The notes beneath the pieces are model-generated. The model was not told the origin of the DNA. It worked only from the letters and a program-made list of their open reading frames with translations, and ran no database searches. The position numbers were made by a program, and so were the translations under genes. From Eledone cirrhosa (taxonomy: Eukaryota), in assembly GCA_964016885.1 (NCBI GenBank), contig OZ024740.1, forward strand, positions 342,674,001 to 342,738,000: a DNA stretch of 64,000 bases. The letters run 5' to 3'. Positions 1 to 13,542 of this stretch are shown one piece after another (position 1 is the stretch's first letter; each line of letters begins with the position of its first letter).

Positions 1-1874
1 TTAGAGAGTTGGATTAGCAATCGTGAGGTTTCAATTCTCAAACCGGGTGGTGCATTGTGTCCTTGAGCAAGACACTCTATTTCATAGTCCGACCAGTAGA
101 TAGTATCAGCAATGGAAACATTGTTTCCTTGGTCCAATTTGATGAGGTCCATCCCACTCTGCAGGTGAATGAGGTCTGGGATCTTGTCAATCGATTAAAA
201 AAATATATATCTTTAAAAAAATAGTTTCAATGAATATTTCACCTTTTATTTGACTATGTTTTCACACAGTTTGTCTCTCAACCAATTTGTTCTTCTACAA
301 ATATTGTATATACTCATGTATAAGTTGCATCTTCCCATTTCCACGAAAATACATGAAAATCATGTAACTTTTCTACTACTGAACCTACAAAACTTCAATT
401 CAAGAAGTATGTTTTTCATGAATGTCTTTTGACCCATGTATATTTCGACTAATAAGTTTTCAGTGAATGTTTCTAGACCCTTTTTATATATCGTTACCTG
501 TAAATTTCCCCTTTCATTGAGTTGAAATAAGTATACTTACATCTGTCTGGTGTGACATTGAGCAATGACAATATACAAAAATGTCAGTATAAACTTCAAC
601 AAATGAGATGTTTTAAAGATATCTTGTCAACTTAAGATGATTAAGATGTTCATTTATAAAATGATTAGCTTTGTTAATTAAATGTGGCATCTAGAAATGC
701 TGTGCTGTCATCATGTATCTTATGTATTTTATGTCCTTCTAGAAGGGCCTGCTTCAGGTGCATCAAGACTTTTACGCTTGTATTTATTAGCATCATTAGT
801 ATAAACTGAAATTATAGAAATCAAAATATATTAAACTAAGATTTAAGAAAAGCAACATTTAAATGTTGTGTAAATGCTTAGTAGATAGCAGTTTAAAGTA
901 TTTAAATATTTTTCTCTTCTCTGAAATACATACATTGAATACAATTATATTAATCCACATGCTTGAATCAATATATACATACTTAAGAAAAATGTAAATA
1001 CTATAGGTAATCATTTCTGTTGGCAAAAAAGTTTTAACATTAAATTATCCCCAGAATGCTTAGTTTGTCATTGATAAAACAATTTGTAAAATTTTGTTCT
1101 TTTATTAAACTCCTCCAAATATTTGGTTATTTTCAAAATTAATTGAAACCTATGGGCAGCATATTTCAATACAAGTATGGTAATAAAAGGGTCAATGAAC
1201 TGTCTTTGTCCAAAGACATAAAAGAACATTTTCAGTTAATTTAAACTCACCAGCCATCACCAATGATCTGCTAAACATATACACTCTTTTTCTTTTCACA
1301 TAAACATATATTACACATTGATATACAAACATACTCTCATATATATATTACGTTGTCATAATTCACACATTTTACATAAATTTACTTCAATATTAAAAAG
1401 GAAATCATGTTAAAGATTAAATGAAATAAAAATAAGAGTTAATGAGTTTTGAAAACAGAATCAGTAAGAAATATAGTGTTCCACTTATCTCTGATATGAT
1501 TTAATTATTTCCAATTTTGATAATTTTTCGCCACCTATCTTGACAACAGATTTATGTATTAATCTTTAGCACGCTAATAATTTTTATGAGTTGTTTCCCA
1601 TTATCTATTATGGGGAAATTACTTTTATGGCACCCTCTGTCGCCCACAGCGCGTTGAAGGTTAAAAAAGGTGTTGATAAGAAGTTGTTAATCCTCCATTT
1701 GTTAGCAACCAAATACTCTCTTTAACTCCCCATGGAAATACTACTTATAAATCCACTATTATTAAGGCTTTAGTAAATTTATTAATCAAACTAGCTGCCA
1801 AGAATACATTATATAATCAAAGCCTCAATAATAGTGGATTTATAAGCAGTATATTAATTTTATTTTCCTTACAG

Positions 1875-1938
1875 GTTCAAATCTTTAATTGAAGAAGATA
1901 AAAGTTTACTATCAGAGAAAGAGATCACAAATGTTTAA
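1875..1938 (+). CDS. Candidate terminal exon of a convergent + strand gene (FKSLIEEDKSLLSEKEITNV*)
   Basis: Strong acceptor ttttattttccttacag followed by a short purine-rich open frame to TAA; no upstream exon identified. Confidence 0.3.
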
Positions 1939-2559
1939 TAAATGAGTAGTCAGAAATTATTAGAATTCTAATTGAAAAGTGTTAGAGATAAGTGAAACAC
2001 TTTGTGTGATGTAAGTTGAAGATTATTAGAATAGTTAATATCGTGTAAAAGAACCATATTTAAAAAAAAATATCAATGTTACTAATGTATTAATTGATTT
2101 GTATCAGTGCTATTATACTGTACTACAAAATATATCTATTGACTTTTAGTTAATGCTATATGTATAGACTTCCTAAGTATCTTCTTGTCTTTATATACAA
2201 TGTCTTTGTGAACAGATAAAGAGGGATCAGTAACTGTTTTAATTCTATGTTAGGATTTCATTAGTGACTGAATACCCTTCTTCACTGTCCATGGAAATAC
2301 TATTTATGTAGATTTGGGGGACTTGCCAGAAGCAGAAGTAGGACAGGGGTTGCTCTCTGTCACTTTTGGACTGTCAAACACAGAGGGCGTGTTCTTGCCA
2401 GAGGTTTAGGTGGGTAGGGCACTCACGGATATACTCCATCTAGACAAGATCAACCAAGGAGACTCCCATGAGGTAGGTGAGCTATGCTTTTCCTTCCTTT
2501 ACATCAAGCTATTTCAGCATCATGTGGGGTTTTTTTCATCTATCTTCTCTTATTCCTGG

Positions 2560-3050
2560 CCTGCAGACAATATGTCGACAAAGTTAAAAATTGATAGCAA
2601 TACCATCAGACACTTCTTTGTCAAAGGAGATGTAATTGCCTGGATTTGAAAGATCAAAATGGTGGCTAGGTTGCAAGGCATTGAAGATGTAGCAGGCCTC
2701 AGGGTACAATACTTGGAGGGAAATGCGTTGGTGTTGTACCTTGAGATGAACAAAGCAAACCAACTAGACATGGAGAAGATTGAACAGCACCTAAGGGAAG
2801 AGTTCATGGAAGGGTTGTTTGCTGCATTTGCCAAACAAGGAAAAGTGAGGTGGATGGGAAAGCAGATGGATGTGTATGTGGCAGAAATACGGATATTGGC
2901 CACACTCTTTGGATTTACAGGCAGCCTAGAAAAGGCAGTGCAGTTGGTGTGAGTGAATGGCTTCCCTGATGAGATATCAGTGAAACTGCAACAACTGTCA
3001 GACAATGAAACGATGTTCATGTGTCAATTAATCACTCAAGCCTGTGTGTT
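2560..3050 (+). mobile_element. Decayed Ty3/Gypsy-like gag fragment
   Basis: GDVIAWI*KIKMVARLQGIEDVA...YLEGNALVLYLEM...VDVY-like...LATLFGF...GFPDEIS pattern with in-frame stops. Confidence 0.55.
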
Positions 3051-4889
3051 GATGTAGATTAATATAGGACAATCCAACTGACTAGAGAGTTGGTAGTGTT
3101 TTTTTTTAAAACTTAGGTCAGGGGATGGAAGGGCAGTACCCATGATTCTTTTTAGGGACTTCCAAGTCTGCTGGGAGTGATGAAAAGAAGGATTCTCAAA
3201 CTGGAGACTTAATCTGAATACTTACAACAGAGTGTCCTCTGCTAAAGGCACCCTAGGACCAGGTAGCGGTTTTAAACTAGGGGGTGATTTTAGTCTACCA
3301 CCCAAGCAGACTACAGCAAGATTTGAACTTTAACTGCAAAGGGCCAGAGCAAAAACCCCAAATCATCTTGTCCAATGTTCTAATAAATCCACATATCTAC
3401 TGCCCTGGACTGGTACTTTATTTTATTAATCCATAAGGTATAAAAGGCCAAGCTGACCATGGCAGGATTTGAACTCAGAGAACACAGATCTGGAACAAAT
3501 ATTGCAAAGAATTTTTTTCTATGCTCTAAGAACCTTGCCAATTCTCTGTGCTGTATTGTGTACACCAGAAAGAAACAAAACTTTTGCTAACCCATCTATC
3601 TGGTTGCAATTAGATAGCATAGGAGTTGGGAGGTTTCACTGCTATAAGAAATAGAGATAATGTCAACTGTTAATATTTGCAAAGATAAGCTGACACTCCT
3701 CAATTTCACAGGCACCACCTAAATAGAGAATGTACAGTCTTTTAAAAACTTAACATCTTGAAATTTAGGTTAAACATCAGGAATTTTCAACTGCTTCAGA
3801 TAAATGGGTAAAGTATAGAAAAAATGGTTGTAAAGATTTGTAGATAGTTAACTAAAAATTTAAATTTTTACTGTAACTTTTGTTTCTATAGAGACCATAT
3901 TTTTGTGGCCTCTGAGTCAAAATTCTCTTCACATGTTCTTAGTGTGCGTGATATCCAATTTCTATCAGCACCTTGCCAATATTTTGAGAAATCGTTGACA
4001 ACTGATGCTGTCTTATTTAATTCTTACATCCTGTAATGCTGTAGCAGAAAATATAAAATCATGGGTTTGTTAATTCTAATGTTTATAATATTGTTATTAC
4101 TGGACAGATTGTCGTGAAAATTTGCAATATTAGAGTTTATAGACTTTAATATTTAATATGGTGCTGTTTTGTACTATTCTAGAATATCTTACTAATATGG
4201 TTTCTTGCAGTATAGGACATCAATAGCTAAAAGCCATAAAATGAGATGAATTCAGTTAAATTCAAATGAGCTGGGTACACCACATCATGGAAAACACTGA
4301 CTTTTGATTGGTTCATCCACAAAGTTCAGGAGAGGAGGATAGATTTTTTTGTAGTAGTAATTGCAGTGAAATAACAAGAATCTTTCCTCCTCTCCTGAAA
4401 TTTATGGATAACCCAATCAAAAACTATCCATCCCTAAACTCCTGATCGAGGTCTGAAAACAGCTGTTTTCCTCCAGAGAAAGAAAGTGAGACCAAGTGAA
4501 AAAGAGGAATAGAGGAAGAATTTACCTTAGTACTAGACTGATACCTTACTGATAACCTCAAAAGAATGAAAGACAAAGTTGAACTCAGAGCACAGAAAAC
4601 CAGATTGAATACCGCAAAGTATTCTATCTGATTTCCTAACAACTCTGACAATGTGCTGTCTATTCAGTGATAATACTTCTTTTTACAAATGTATTTAGTC
4701 ATTAATGATATATTATATTGCAAACTTTATCCTGTAGAAATGGAAATGTATGAAAGATAGTTATAAAAGGTAAAAAAATAAATATAGAAATAAATGGTGA
4801 GTGTACATGCAAAACAATGTTCGGAGAAAAAATGTTTTGTTTAGTAATCTTAAAATCTTAAATTTTAATTATTTCAGTAAATTTCTTAA

Positions 4890-5091
4890 CACTTTAACAT
4901 TTACATTAGTCTATATATACTATTGTATTTTCGCGGTAAATCTTTATCTCACTTGATATTGAATCGATGAGATTTTGATATTATTTATTTTGTGAACAAT
5001 ACCTTAGCATCAGTATGAGTGGCCAGTTACAGACGGTCAGAAAGTGGTGGGAGAATTCTGGTCAGATACAGCCGGTTTAAATGCTAATGGG
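4890..5091. mobile_element. piggyBac-type MITE, copy 1
   Basis: TTAA at both ends, degenerate CCCTTTAGCATTTA TIR, homologous to 5686-5893. Confidence 0.6.
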
Positions 5092-5685
5092 TTAACCAAT
5101 TTAGTTCTGTTTTCATTTTGCTGATCTCTTCCACACACATACTAGCAACAAGTAATAATGAACATTATTGTGTATTGTGTTCAAGTACACTACAACTCAT
5201 CAAAGTAGCCTTGATTCAAATGGAAAGTAATTAATACTAATTAATGACATAGTTGTAATGAAATGTAATTATTTTTGTTATTTATCTTCATTACTGTGTA
5301 CACATACACACACATTCCAATATCATTATTAATATTTTAAACTCTATTTTTCTATGCGGGTATGGGTTGGACAGGTCTGCTATACTACTTATCCTCGCTT
5401 ATCTGTCTCTCGTCAACTCCCTCGATAAGTCCCAGTATTCTGATCTCAACAATGTTTTCTTCTTCCACAGTTAACCTCCATATCAGCACATCATCCTAGT
5501 TCACCCTGGACTAGTCATATATTCCCATCAAATGTTCACATCAGTGAATCAGCTTTCCAACATACCTCATCAATTTATGTGTTTAATGCTTCAATGCTTT
5601 AGCTTTACTGTGGGTTACCAAAACACATCCAACAGTTCAAACTTATATCTTTTTTGTTTAGTATTCACAGATCTTCCACATTTAA

Positions 5686-5893
5686 CCCTTTAGTATTTAC
5701 ATTACTGTATATTTACTATTGTATTTTCATGGTAAAGGCTTTATCTAACAATTATCTCACATAATATCAAATCTATGAGATTTTGATATTATTTATTTTG
5801 AGAACAATACCTTAAAGTCAGTATGAGGGGCAGTTACAGCCGGTTTGAACAGAAAGAGGTGAGAGATTCTGCCCAGGTTTAAATGCTAAAGGG
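5686..5893. mobile_element. piggyBac-type MITE, copy 2 (partial copy at ~13705)
   Basis: TTAA|CCCTTTAGTATTTA ... TAAATGCTAAAGGG|TTAA. Confidence 0.75.
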
Positions 5894-6586
5894 TTAATGT
5901 CCATGCTACACTACCACAAAGGCCAGGTCCCTAGATTTTCATGTATTTCAGGTCTCCTTTGGCATTTTTCAATCTTTCACCCCACTACAGCAAAAAAAAA
6001 AAAAAAATTAAAAAGTGATGTGCTACTGCAAGGAATTTAGGCTTTAGTTTGGTCAGCCTTATGAATAATATGGCTCTGATCACTCTTTGTAATATACTTC
6101 ATTTAGTCTGCCTTTTTACATGAAGAGAGAAACCAACACATTCACTAGCATAGAGAACACACATAGAATACTTAGATACAGACTCCAGATCATATACTTC
6201 TGTCCTCACCAGTTTGATCAAAGTTATTTATAACCTAACAAAATTACCCAATTAGAGAATGTTATAAATGAAAATGAGTTCTGTTGTTCATACAAGCAAT
6301 GTGTTGTTGAGGAAAAATATGTGAATGTAGAGAGGTTGATCAAAGTCTGAACAATTAGCAATATTGAAATTTGTTAGTTCTGTGATGATTTTAGGAATTA
6401 TATTGAAAGTATATATTAAAAAAAAAGATGGAAATATTTCAGGCAGAATCAACCAGGAAGATGTTTTGCAAGATAATAAACTGTCATTATAAATACTGAA
6501 ATGTTCAGATTAAACATATATTGAAACCTAGTGTGCTGAAGTCAAATGTTAAAATAAAAAGGATATTATATAAAATAATTTAAATG

Positions 6587-6810
6587 TGGCCTCTCATCGG
6601 GCACCAGGATAAAATTTTGTCCTGGCACCCGATGAGAGGCCAGTATTGAAATGGCTCCTCCACTATACAATGGTGGTTATAATTGGACCCCGAAACCAAA
6701 GGTCGCGCATATATGTTAAGTGTATGAAATATTGATTATACTAAATAAGCTCTCTTGCAATAGATTCAGCATTGTTTTCTTTGGCCTTTTATCTATGGAT
6801 ATCCTGCATA
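6587..6810 (+). mobile_element. Short PLE-tail-like unit with a hammerhead motif (6625-6708) and a 5' inverted arm
   Basis: gcac-CCGATGA-branched stem II-GAAA-CC aaa GG-TC-gcgc; 6587-6642 is a fold-back; the tail runs into (AT)n. Confidence 0.6.
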
Positions 6811-7029
6811 TATATACATATATATATAAGTAGATCCCGAGTTGAATTGTGGGTAGCCACAGTAAATAAGGTATTCAATACATGTATAGAGTGAAGACAG
6901 AAGTTCATATAGAAAGGGCTTCTTCAGGACTAGAACTTTCATTTGCGATGATTTCATACAAATGAAACAGTTCTAATCCTGTGGAAGCCTTTTCTATATA
7001 AACTTATACCTATATATACATATATATAT

Positions 7030-7377
7030 TTTGGGGAGGGTTTTATTGTTATAATATTGCCAGAAATAATAACAGAACACACTCACTGTTTGGTTGGTTT
7101 TCGCTTCTGTATCTTTTATATCTCCCTAGTTAATTTATTTGGCAATCAATGTTTATCATTGATTGACCAGCAGTTAAAAATATAGATATAAATATATAGT
7201 CTATCAAAGTTCTTTCGTCACACATCTGCAACATCATCAGTGGTACTATTATGTTTTCTCCTATTGTATTGTAATTAATGTCTACGCCATTTTCTATGGA
7301 GATATAAAAGATACAGAAGCAAAACCCAACCAAACAGTGAGTGTGTCTGTTATTATTTCTGGCAATATTATAACAAC
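7030..7377. repeat. Fold-back element, older copy of the family at 30681-31383
   Basis: TTGGGGAGGG...ATTGCCAGAAATAATAACAGAACACACTCACTG arm with an inverted partial copy at ~7290-7377. Confidence 0.7.
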
Positions 7378-7396
7378 TAGCAGAAAACCACCCGGA

Positions 7397-7682
7397 GGGT
7401 TCATGCATTGGCCTTCCACCATTAATTAAATCATCACTGTGATGTCTGAGGTAAATTATTCTCTGAAGGTAGTAACTTAACTAGACACAACTAGATTCAT
7501 ACAGTCTATATTTCATCTCATCTATCAGAGGAATGGGAGATGGTATCAATTCTGTAGGAACGTGTAATAAAAAAAATAACAGCCTACAAGTAGATGTAGC
7601 TAAAAACATAGGTTTTACATGTAGCCATTGCACCAGGACAGTAAGCAGGAAATGACCAGAGGAAACATGCACTATCAAATTT
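7397..7682 (+). repeat. Near-identical direct duplicate of 9034-9319
   Basis: Sequences align almost base for base; matching 65-aa ORFs in the track. Confidence 0.9.
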
Positions 7683-8359
7683 TTCTCAGAATAATGGAAT
7701 AAAACTGAAGTATGGCTCTCTTCTTAGTGATACTTTCATCTTTACATTTTTATTAAACCTGTTTCTTATATCTTATAAGCATGTTTATTAAACTACCGAA
7801 TATTTATTTTATCTACTCCCAAGCTAGAGTTCCTCTCCTTAAATAAGCTGGTTCACAGAGAGCCATACTTCAGTTTTATTCCATTATTCTGAGAAAAGTT
7901 CTTCTCTTTAAGTTCTTAGTGTATAGCTTTAACTCACCAATCACTAACCCATGGTGGAGCACATTTTTCACAGAAAAGCCTTTGTGAATACTATCATGTG
8001 TGTGTTTGTTTTCCTACTCAGGACAAAGTAAATTTTGACTTTCCAATCCAAGTAACTGAACAGGCCAGATGATTGTCTGGAGTTTTACTGTTTGTATTAC
8101 AAATAGCAAATTCATTCTCATTACACAGATCCAGGAGAATGGTTCCTGCTTCAATTTTTATATCCTGTTCATAACTAGTTTATTTTCTTGCAAAAGGAAG
8201 CAGTGTGAAGTTAGGTAGTACAGAATATTTGTGTGAGCATACAAACACATACACTTTCATATATACAGGTAGATAAATTGATAGAGAGAGAGAGAGAGAG
8301 GAGGGTATAATGGGAGAATAATACAAACATAGATGTGTATATATCAATGAAATTTGATA

Positions 8360-8427
8360 TCAAACATAGGATATCAGACCAGATTTGTTTAAACTGTATA
8401 CAGAACTCCTTCTTAGTGTTGCTTTCA
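8360..8427 (-). CDS. Candidate terminal exon (VKATLRRSSVYSLNKSGLISYV*)
   Basis: Good acceptor ttttcctatgtttcag; phase-1 reading is open to TGA. Other acceptors (e.g. near 11056) are equally possible. Confidence 0.3.
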
Positions 8428-9199
8428 CTGAAACATAGGAAAAATAATGAAAAACAAAACTGTGTTCCCATCTACATATATTCTCTGATCTGATGTCTCA
8501 GTATTAGAAGAGATATGTCATAGTCTACCTGGTCTCTAAGCAGAGACATATTACAGCCTTCCAGCTATATCTATAAACATGCCATATACAGATCAGTAGC
8601 TGTTTATATAGTGACAAATCCAGGTCATCTTTCTTCATAGCTTTATTGGTCATACAGACAAACAAACTTTAAGTTTCCCATTAACTAGTATGATTTATGA
8701 TAAGTACAGGTATGATTCTGTGATTAAGAAGTTTGCTTTACAGCTACATGGCTTCGGTTTTGATCCCACTGCATGGCAGTTTGGGTAAGTGTTTTCTACT
8801 GTAGCCTTGTGTCAACAAAAGTCTTGAAAGTGAAGTTTGGTAGACAGAGACTATGTGGAAAGTGTTGGATGGACTGTTTCTGTTCTAGGGTAGTGGACTT
8901 AATTCATGGCCTGATTTAACACAATCAGCTGGGCCTTTGTTGCTCTTAGTGGAATTTATTCTGTTGCAAGCATTTGAGCTAAGTCATCAACCTGAGAATA
9001 ACTTCTACCCACCAGTCTCAGAAGCCCAATACAGGGTTCATGCATTGGCGTTCCACCATTAATTAAATCATCACTGTGATGCCTGAGATAAATTATTCTC
9101 TGAAGGTAGTAACTTAACTAGACACAACTAGATTCATACAGTCTATATTTCATCTCATCTATCAGAGGAATGAGAGATGGTATCAATTCTGTAGGAACG

Positions 9200-10178
9200 T
9201 GTAATAAAAAAAATAACAGCCTACAAGTAGATGTAGCTAAAAACATAGGTTTTACATGTAGCCATTGCACCAGGACAGTAAGCAGGAAATGACCACAGGA
9301 AACATGCACTATCAAATTCTGGGAAGGTTCAGTAGAAGCAGGAGACAGCTTCTGCTACCTGGATGATCAAATTAGCAGCAGAGGTGGGTGTTCCGAAAGA
9401 ACAGTAGCGAGAGTGAGAACAGGATAGAAGAAGTTCAGGGAGCTACTACCACTGCTGGCTATGAAAGGCAGATTGCATGGTGTATGCATACGAACAGCAA
9501 TGTTGCATGGTAGTGAGGTCTGGGCACAGTCGATTTGTGAAGATTGGAAAGAAATGAAGCTTGCATGTTCCAATGGATGTATAATAATAATATACAAGAA
9601 CAGCAAAGCATAAATGAACTGAGAGAGAAACTAAGCATAAGAGGAATTAGATGCTGTTTGCAGGAGCAGAGATTTCATTGGTAAAGACATGTGATGCATA
9701 TGAAGGATAACAGCTGTATAAAAAGGTACAGAGCGTTCAAAGTTGATGGAAGCCATGGAGTGTGAAGACTTGAGATGAGGTGATAAAAGCTGACCTTGCA
9801 TAATTGCACCTCTCAAAGTCAATGACACAGGACTGAGATCGCTGGAGTTATGCAGTAATACAGAAGACACGCCTTCCCATGAGAACAGGCTGAAGCATAC
9901 ATCTGGAATGCACCACCTTCACCTCCACCCCATCCCCGTCCATACACCTCCCATGAGCACAGGCTGAAGTATATATCTAGTGTGCTTTACCTCCACCCCC
10001 AACTTCCAGTCACCTCCCACTGTAAATGTGGTTGGCATTAGGAAGGGTATCCAACTCTAGAAACCAAGCCAAAATCAATTCTGTATGAGCAAGACATAGT
10101 CACCTGAGCTGGCCTATCTCACAACGTGACAACTCATCTAACCCATACTAGCATGGAAAAATGGATGTGATGATGAAG
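9200..10178 (+). mobile_element. Old, decayed RTE LINE 3' fragment
   Basis: Homologous to the 3' ORF and UTR of the RTE copies at 23600 and 33843; (GAT)n tail. Confidence 0.8.
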
Positions 10179-11353
10179 TCATTAATATGTGAAAGAAAGA
10201 GTAGAAGACACATAATTGAACTTTAAGGTACACCAGAGTTAATAGGATTGTGTCAGAAAAAGAACTCACCCAGTAGGTGATGAAACAGTACTGTCTGACA
10301 AATTTCTGATTACCGAGATCACCTTAGAGAGACAAAGATTTAGGTAATTATAAAGGTAGTCATCTCTGACTGACTCAATTACCTCCATTATCTATGAATT
10401 GTTGGATAATTATCTTCTTAGGAAGGAGAGTGCATTCTAACATGTATCCATAAACTAATATAGATCCCTGCAGAAAGAGAAAGATCGAAGATCTTAGTGA
10501 GGGTAGGAGCTAGCTTTAGATCTCATCGTCTTAGGATAATGAAACATTGTCAAAACCAGTCACCTTACTGGAGTGAACAGTCAAAGAAGGTTTTTCACAT
10601 GGAGACTTAGTGTATGTGGTGATACGATATATTGACAGGAGAAACAGTTTAAAACAAGAGATAATTGTAGTAGTAGAAAATATAGAGGGAATACACCACT
10701 TGTCTAGTGGCTATAGTGTGTTTGTAAGTGAGTATTTGAATGTGCTTGTATATGGAAAGGTTACAAATATATCAGAAAAAATTATTCAGTTAAAATCCTG
10801 TACTGCAAGTCTTCAAACTAATTTTCTACCTTTTGCAACGTTGAATATACAGATGTAAGCCAAACTGGAAGATATTCATAACTTTTCATAAGTTAGAAAT
10901 TCTATTTTCTATATGGGAATATTTTGTTTTCAGTGGCACAAATGTTAGAAATCAAGTGATGGTCAATGGTGGCACTTTGAGACAAGGCATATTTAAGATG
11001 AACAGTAATCTGTATTCAGAGGAGTTCTTACTAGTTACTTAAATTACTGATGCAAACTAAAATAAACAAGAATGGATCTAATTTTTACTGATGAAGGAGC
11101 TGATTATATTTCTCCTCAAAATACACCAACAGATTGCATTTTCTAAAATTATTTTTTTACCAAGAATGTAAACCAAAGGAACTAACTATATAAAGGTAAC
11201 ACCAAGACCTCACAAATTTAAATAAATAAACAAAATAACAACTTTGGAGTTGTATCTGTTTAGCAAGAGACTGTATGCTGAAAGTGAAGCAATTACATCA
11301 TGGAAGAGGCATTTTAGCCATTAAAATAAAAAAAAAACATAAAAATTGTTATA

Positions 11354-11692
11354 CAGTGGAACCTCAGTTCACGAATACCTCTCATCACAAACAAATTGGT
11401 TCACAAACAATTTTTCTGAACATAAAACGTCTCAGGTGATGAATGGTGTCTCAAGTAACAAACACACAAGTTGGCAATAACAGTTGACAACAAGCTGGGA
11501 GTACTGGCAGGAAGTGTCACTTGCTGTGTAAGATATTATGATGCTATCTATCTGTCTTTCAGACACAGTATCTCTCTCTCTCACTGTATTTCTCTCTTAA
11601 CATTATGTATGGAGAAAAATAGTTTCTGTTTACGAACATTTCAGGTGACGAACGGCCTTGAGGAATGAAGTTCATGAACCGAGATTCCACTG
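11354..11692. mobile_element. Tc1/mariner (Tigger/pogo-like) MITE
   Basis: TA|CAGTGGAACCTC...GAGATTCCACTG|TA TIRs with TA TSD. Confidence 0.8.
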
Positions 11693-12121
11693 TATTCACT
11701 GTTTATTTATTTCATGGTGTCAAACTTTTCATCACAATTTTTGCAACCTAGCCACTGATGCAATTTTACTGAAGTAGTTAGTGGCCAAGTTACAAAGACT
11801 GGGATGAAAATTTCGACACCATGAAATAAATGAAAAATGAATATAATAGCTTCTGTTTGTTTGTTTGTTTTTAATAAAGTGACTTTTCAATGATATAACT
11901 AGAAAAAAATTAACCCTAAGAATAAAAAAAAAATTCAGAAAGTGAAGACTATTTAAGATGCAAGTAAAAAGAAAGATAATAAACTATCATATATTTTACT
12001 TGTTAAATCCTGAACAATGAAAACATTTGTTGAATACTGCTTTTAGTACAATTAAAAACAAAAACATTATTTAAATAGTTTTCATAGCAAACAATAACCA
12101 AATTAATAAATAGAAACATAC

Positions 12122-12208
12122 CTCTTTCTTTAAGACCTTTGTTAAAGTTGCGTTGTATGAAAAATAGTTCAATCATTATAAAAGCCCAGACAACCAATGC
12201 TATAACAA
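12122..12208 (-). CDS. Exon 9: VVIALVVWAFIMIELFFIQRNFNKGLKER
   Basis: cattttcag acceptor, AG|GTATGT donor, 87 nt, phase 1->1; TM helix followed by NFxKGLK. Confidence 0.85.
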
Positions 12209-12341
12209 CTGAAAATGGATAACATTTCTTTTATCAGAAATGATATTAACATCATAATATATCAAATAAATATAACATATTCTATTACTATTCTGTCGCT
12301 AAATAGATTGAGTCATTGTTAAAGTATTTATACAACATTAT

Positions 12342-12508
12342 GGTGGGTTGGCAGTATCGGTAGAGGATCGGACACCATGCTTGCCATTCTGAGTTCAAAT
12401 CTCGCCGAGGTTAACTTTGCCTTTCGTCCTTACGGGGTCGATAAAATAAAGTACCAGTAATGCGCTGGAATAATTGCTGGCCTTGTGCCAAAAGTGGAAA
12501 CAATTATT
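12342..12508 (+). mobile_element. tRNA-derived SINE, family A (also 14880-15073 -, 15075-15255 -, 25205-25397 +, 48925-49065 -)
   Basis: A-box-like TGGCAGTATCGGTAG, B-box GAGTTCAAATC, shared GGGGTCGATAAAATAAAGTACCAG body. Confidence 0.8.
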
Positions 12509-12699
12509 TATCAGCCTTCACTTAGAATCATAGGTGCACTTTCAAGCCTTGTATCTTAAAAACATTCTCATTTTCCGCCTTATCAGGTCCATAAAACTGT
12601 CACTTAACTTTACAAATAGAAGTAATGAGAAGAGCAATGAAAATACTACTGTAGTCCCTATAGTAATAGGAGTAGTGAAGATATTAGTGTAGTGACTAT

Positions 12700-13002
12700 A
12701 GGCGCATGGCTTAGTGGTTAGAGCATTGGGCTTGCAATCAGGAGATTATGAGTTCAATTCTCGGACTGGATAATGCATTGTGTCTGTGAGCAAGACAATT
12801 TCACGTTGCTCCAGTTTACTCAGCTGTAGAAATGAGTTGTAAAATCACTGGTGCCAAGCTGTATTGGCCATTGCCTTTCTCTTGGACAACAATGGTGGCA
12901 TGGAGTGAGGAGACTGATATGCATGGGCGACTGCCTCAGAGGGCAACTTTCTGGGTGCAAATCCCATGGTCATTTTTGACTGAAGGGGGTCTTTACCCCT
13001 AT
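12700..13002 (+). mobile_element. tRNA-derived SINE, family B head (also 1-90 +)
   Basis: GGCTTAGTGGTTAGAGC A-box, GAGTTCAATTCT B-box, TGAGCAAGACA...GCTCCAGTTTACTCAGCTG body. Confidence 0.8.
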
Positions 13003-13460
13003 ATTTATATATTACTGTAATAGTAATAGTAATAGGAACTTTTAAAATATTATAATAGTCTTTATACTTATAAGAGTAATAAAGATATTAATGTGGTTAC
13101 TATAGCTATAGGAGTACTGGGTGCAGTGAAGATATTACTGTAATAGAGTGATGTCCCTATAGAAATAGGAGCTATGCAAATATTACAATAGTCATTGTAC
13201 TTATAACAGAAATAAAGATATTAATGCGGTTACTATAGATTTAAAAGTAATGAAAGGAGTGAAGAAACAGCTATAGTTATAGGAGCATTGAAAAGAAGGC
13301 ACACACCTAGCCATTCTCAAATCGAAATCATTAAAACCTCTCTTTATAGTAGAAATGCAAATATAAAGAAATAGTAAAACAATTATACCAGGAAACAGTA
13401 CTAAATATCTAAGATGAGGTGTTATTGATATATCAGCAGGATATATCTATGTTAATATAC

Positions 13461-13542
13461 CTGAGGTCATTATACAGTAAACCATAAAACTTTCAGTAGA
13501 ATTCTTGACATCAGGACTGCTTTGTGTAAAAATGGTATAGAG
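13461..13542 (-). CDS. Exon 8: LYTIFTQSSPDVKNSTESFMVYCIMTS
   Basis: tttttcag acceptor, CAG|GTATAT donor, 82 nt; phase 0->1 bridges exons 7 and 9. Confidence 0.75.

Noticed and set aside
12700-12775. tRNA-like sequences here and at other SINE heads
   Set aside because: A/B boxes are present but they continue into SINE bodies and lack a proper cloverleaf
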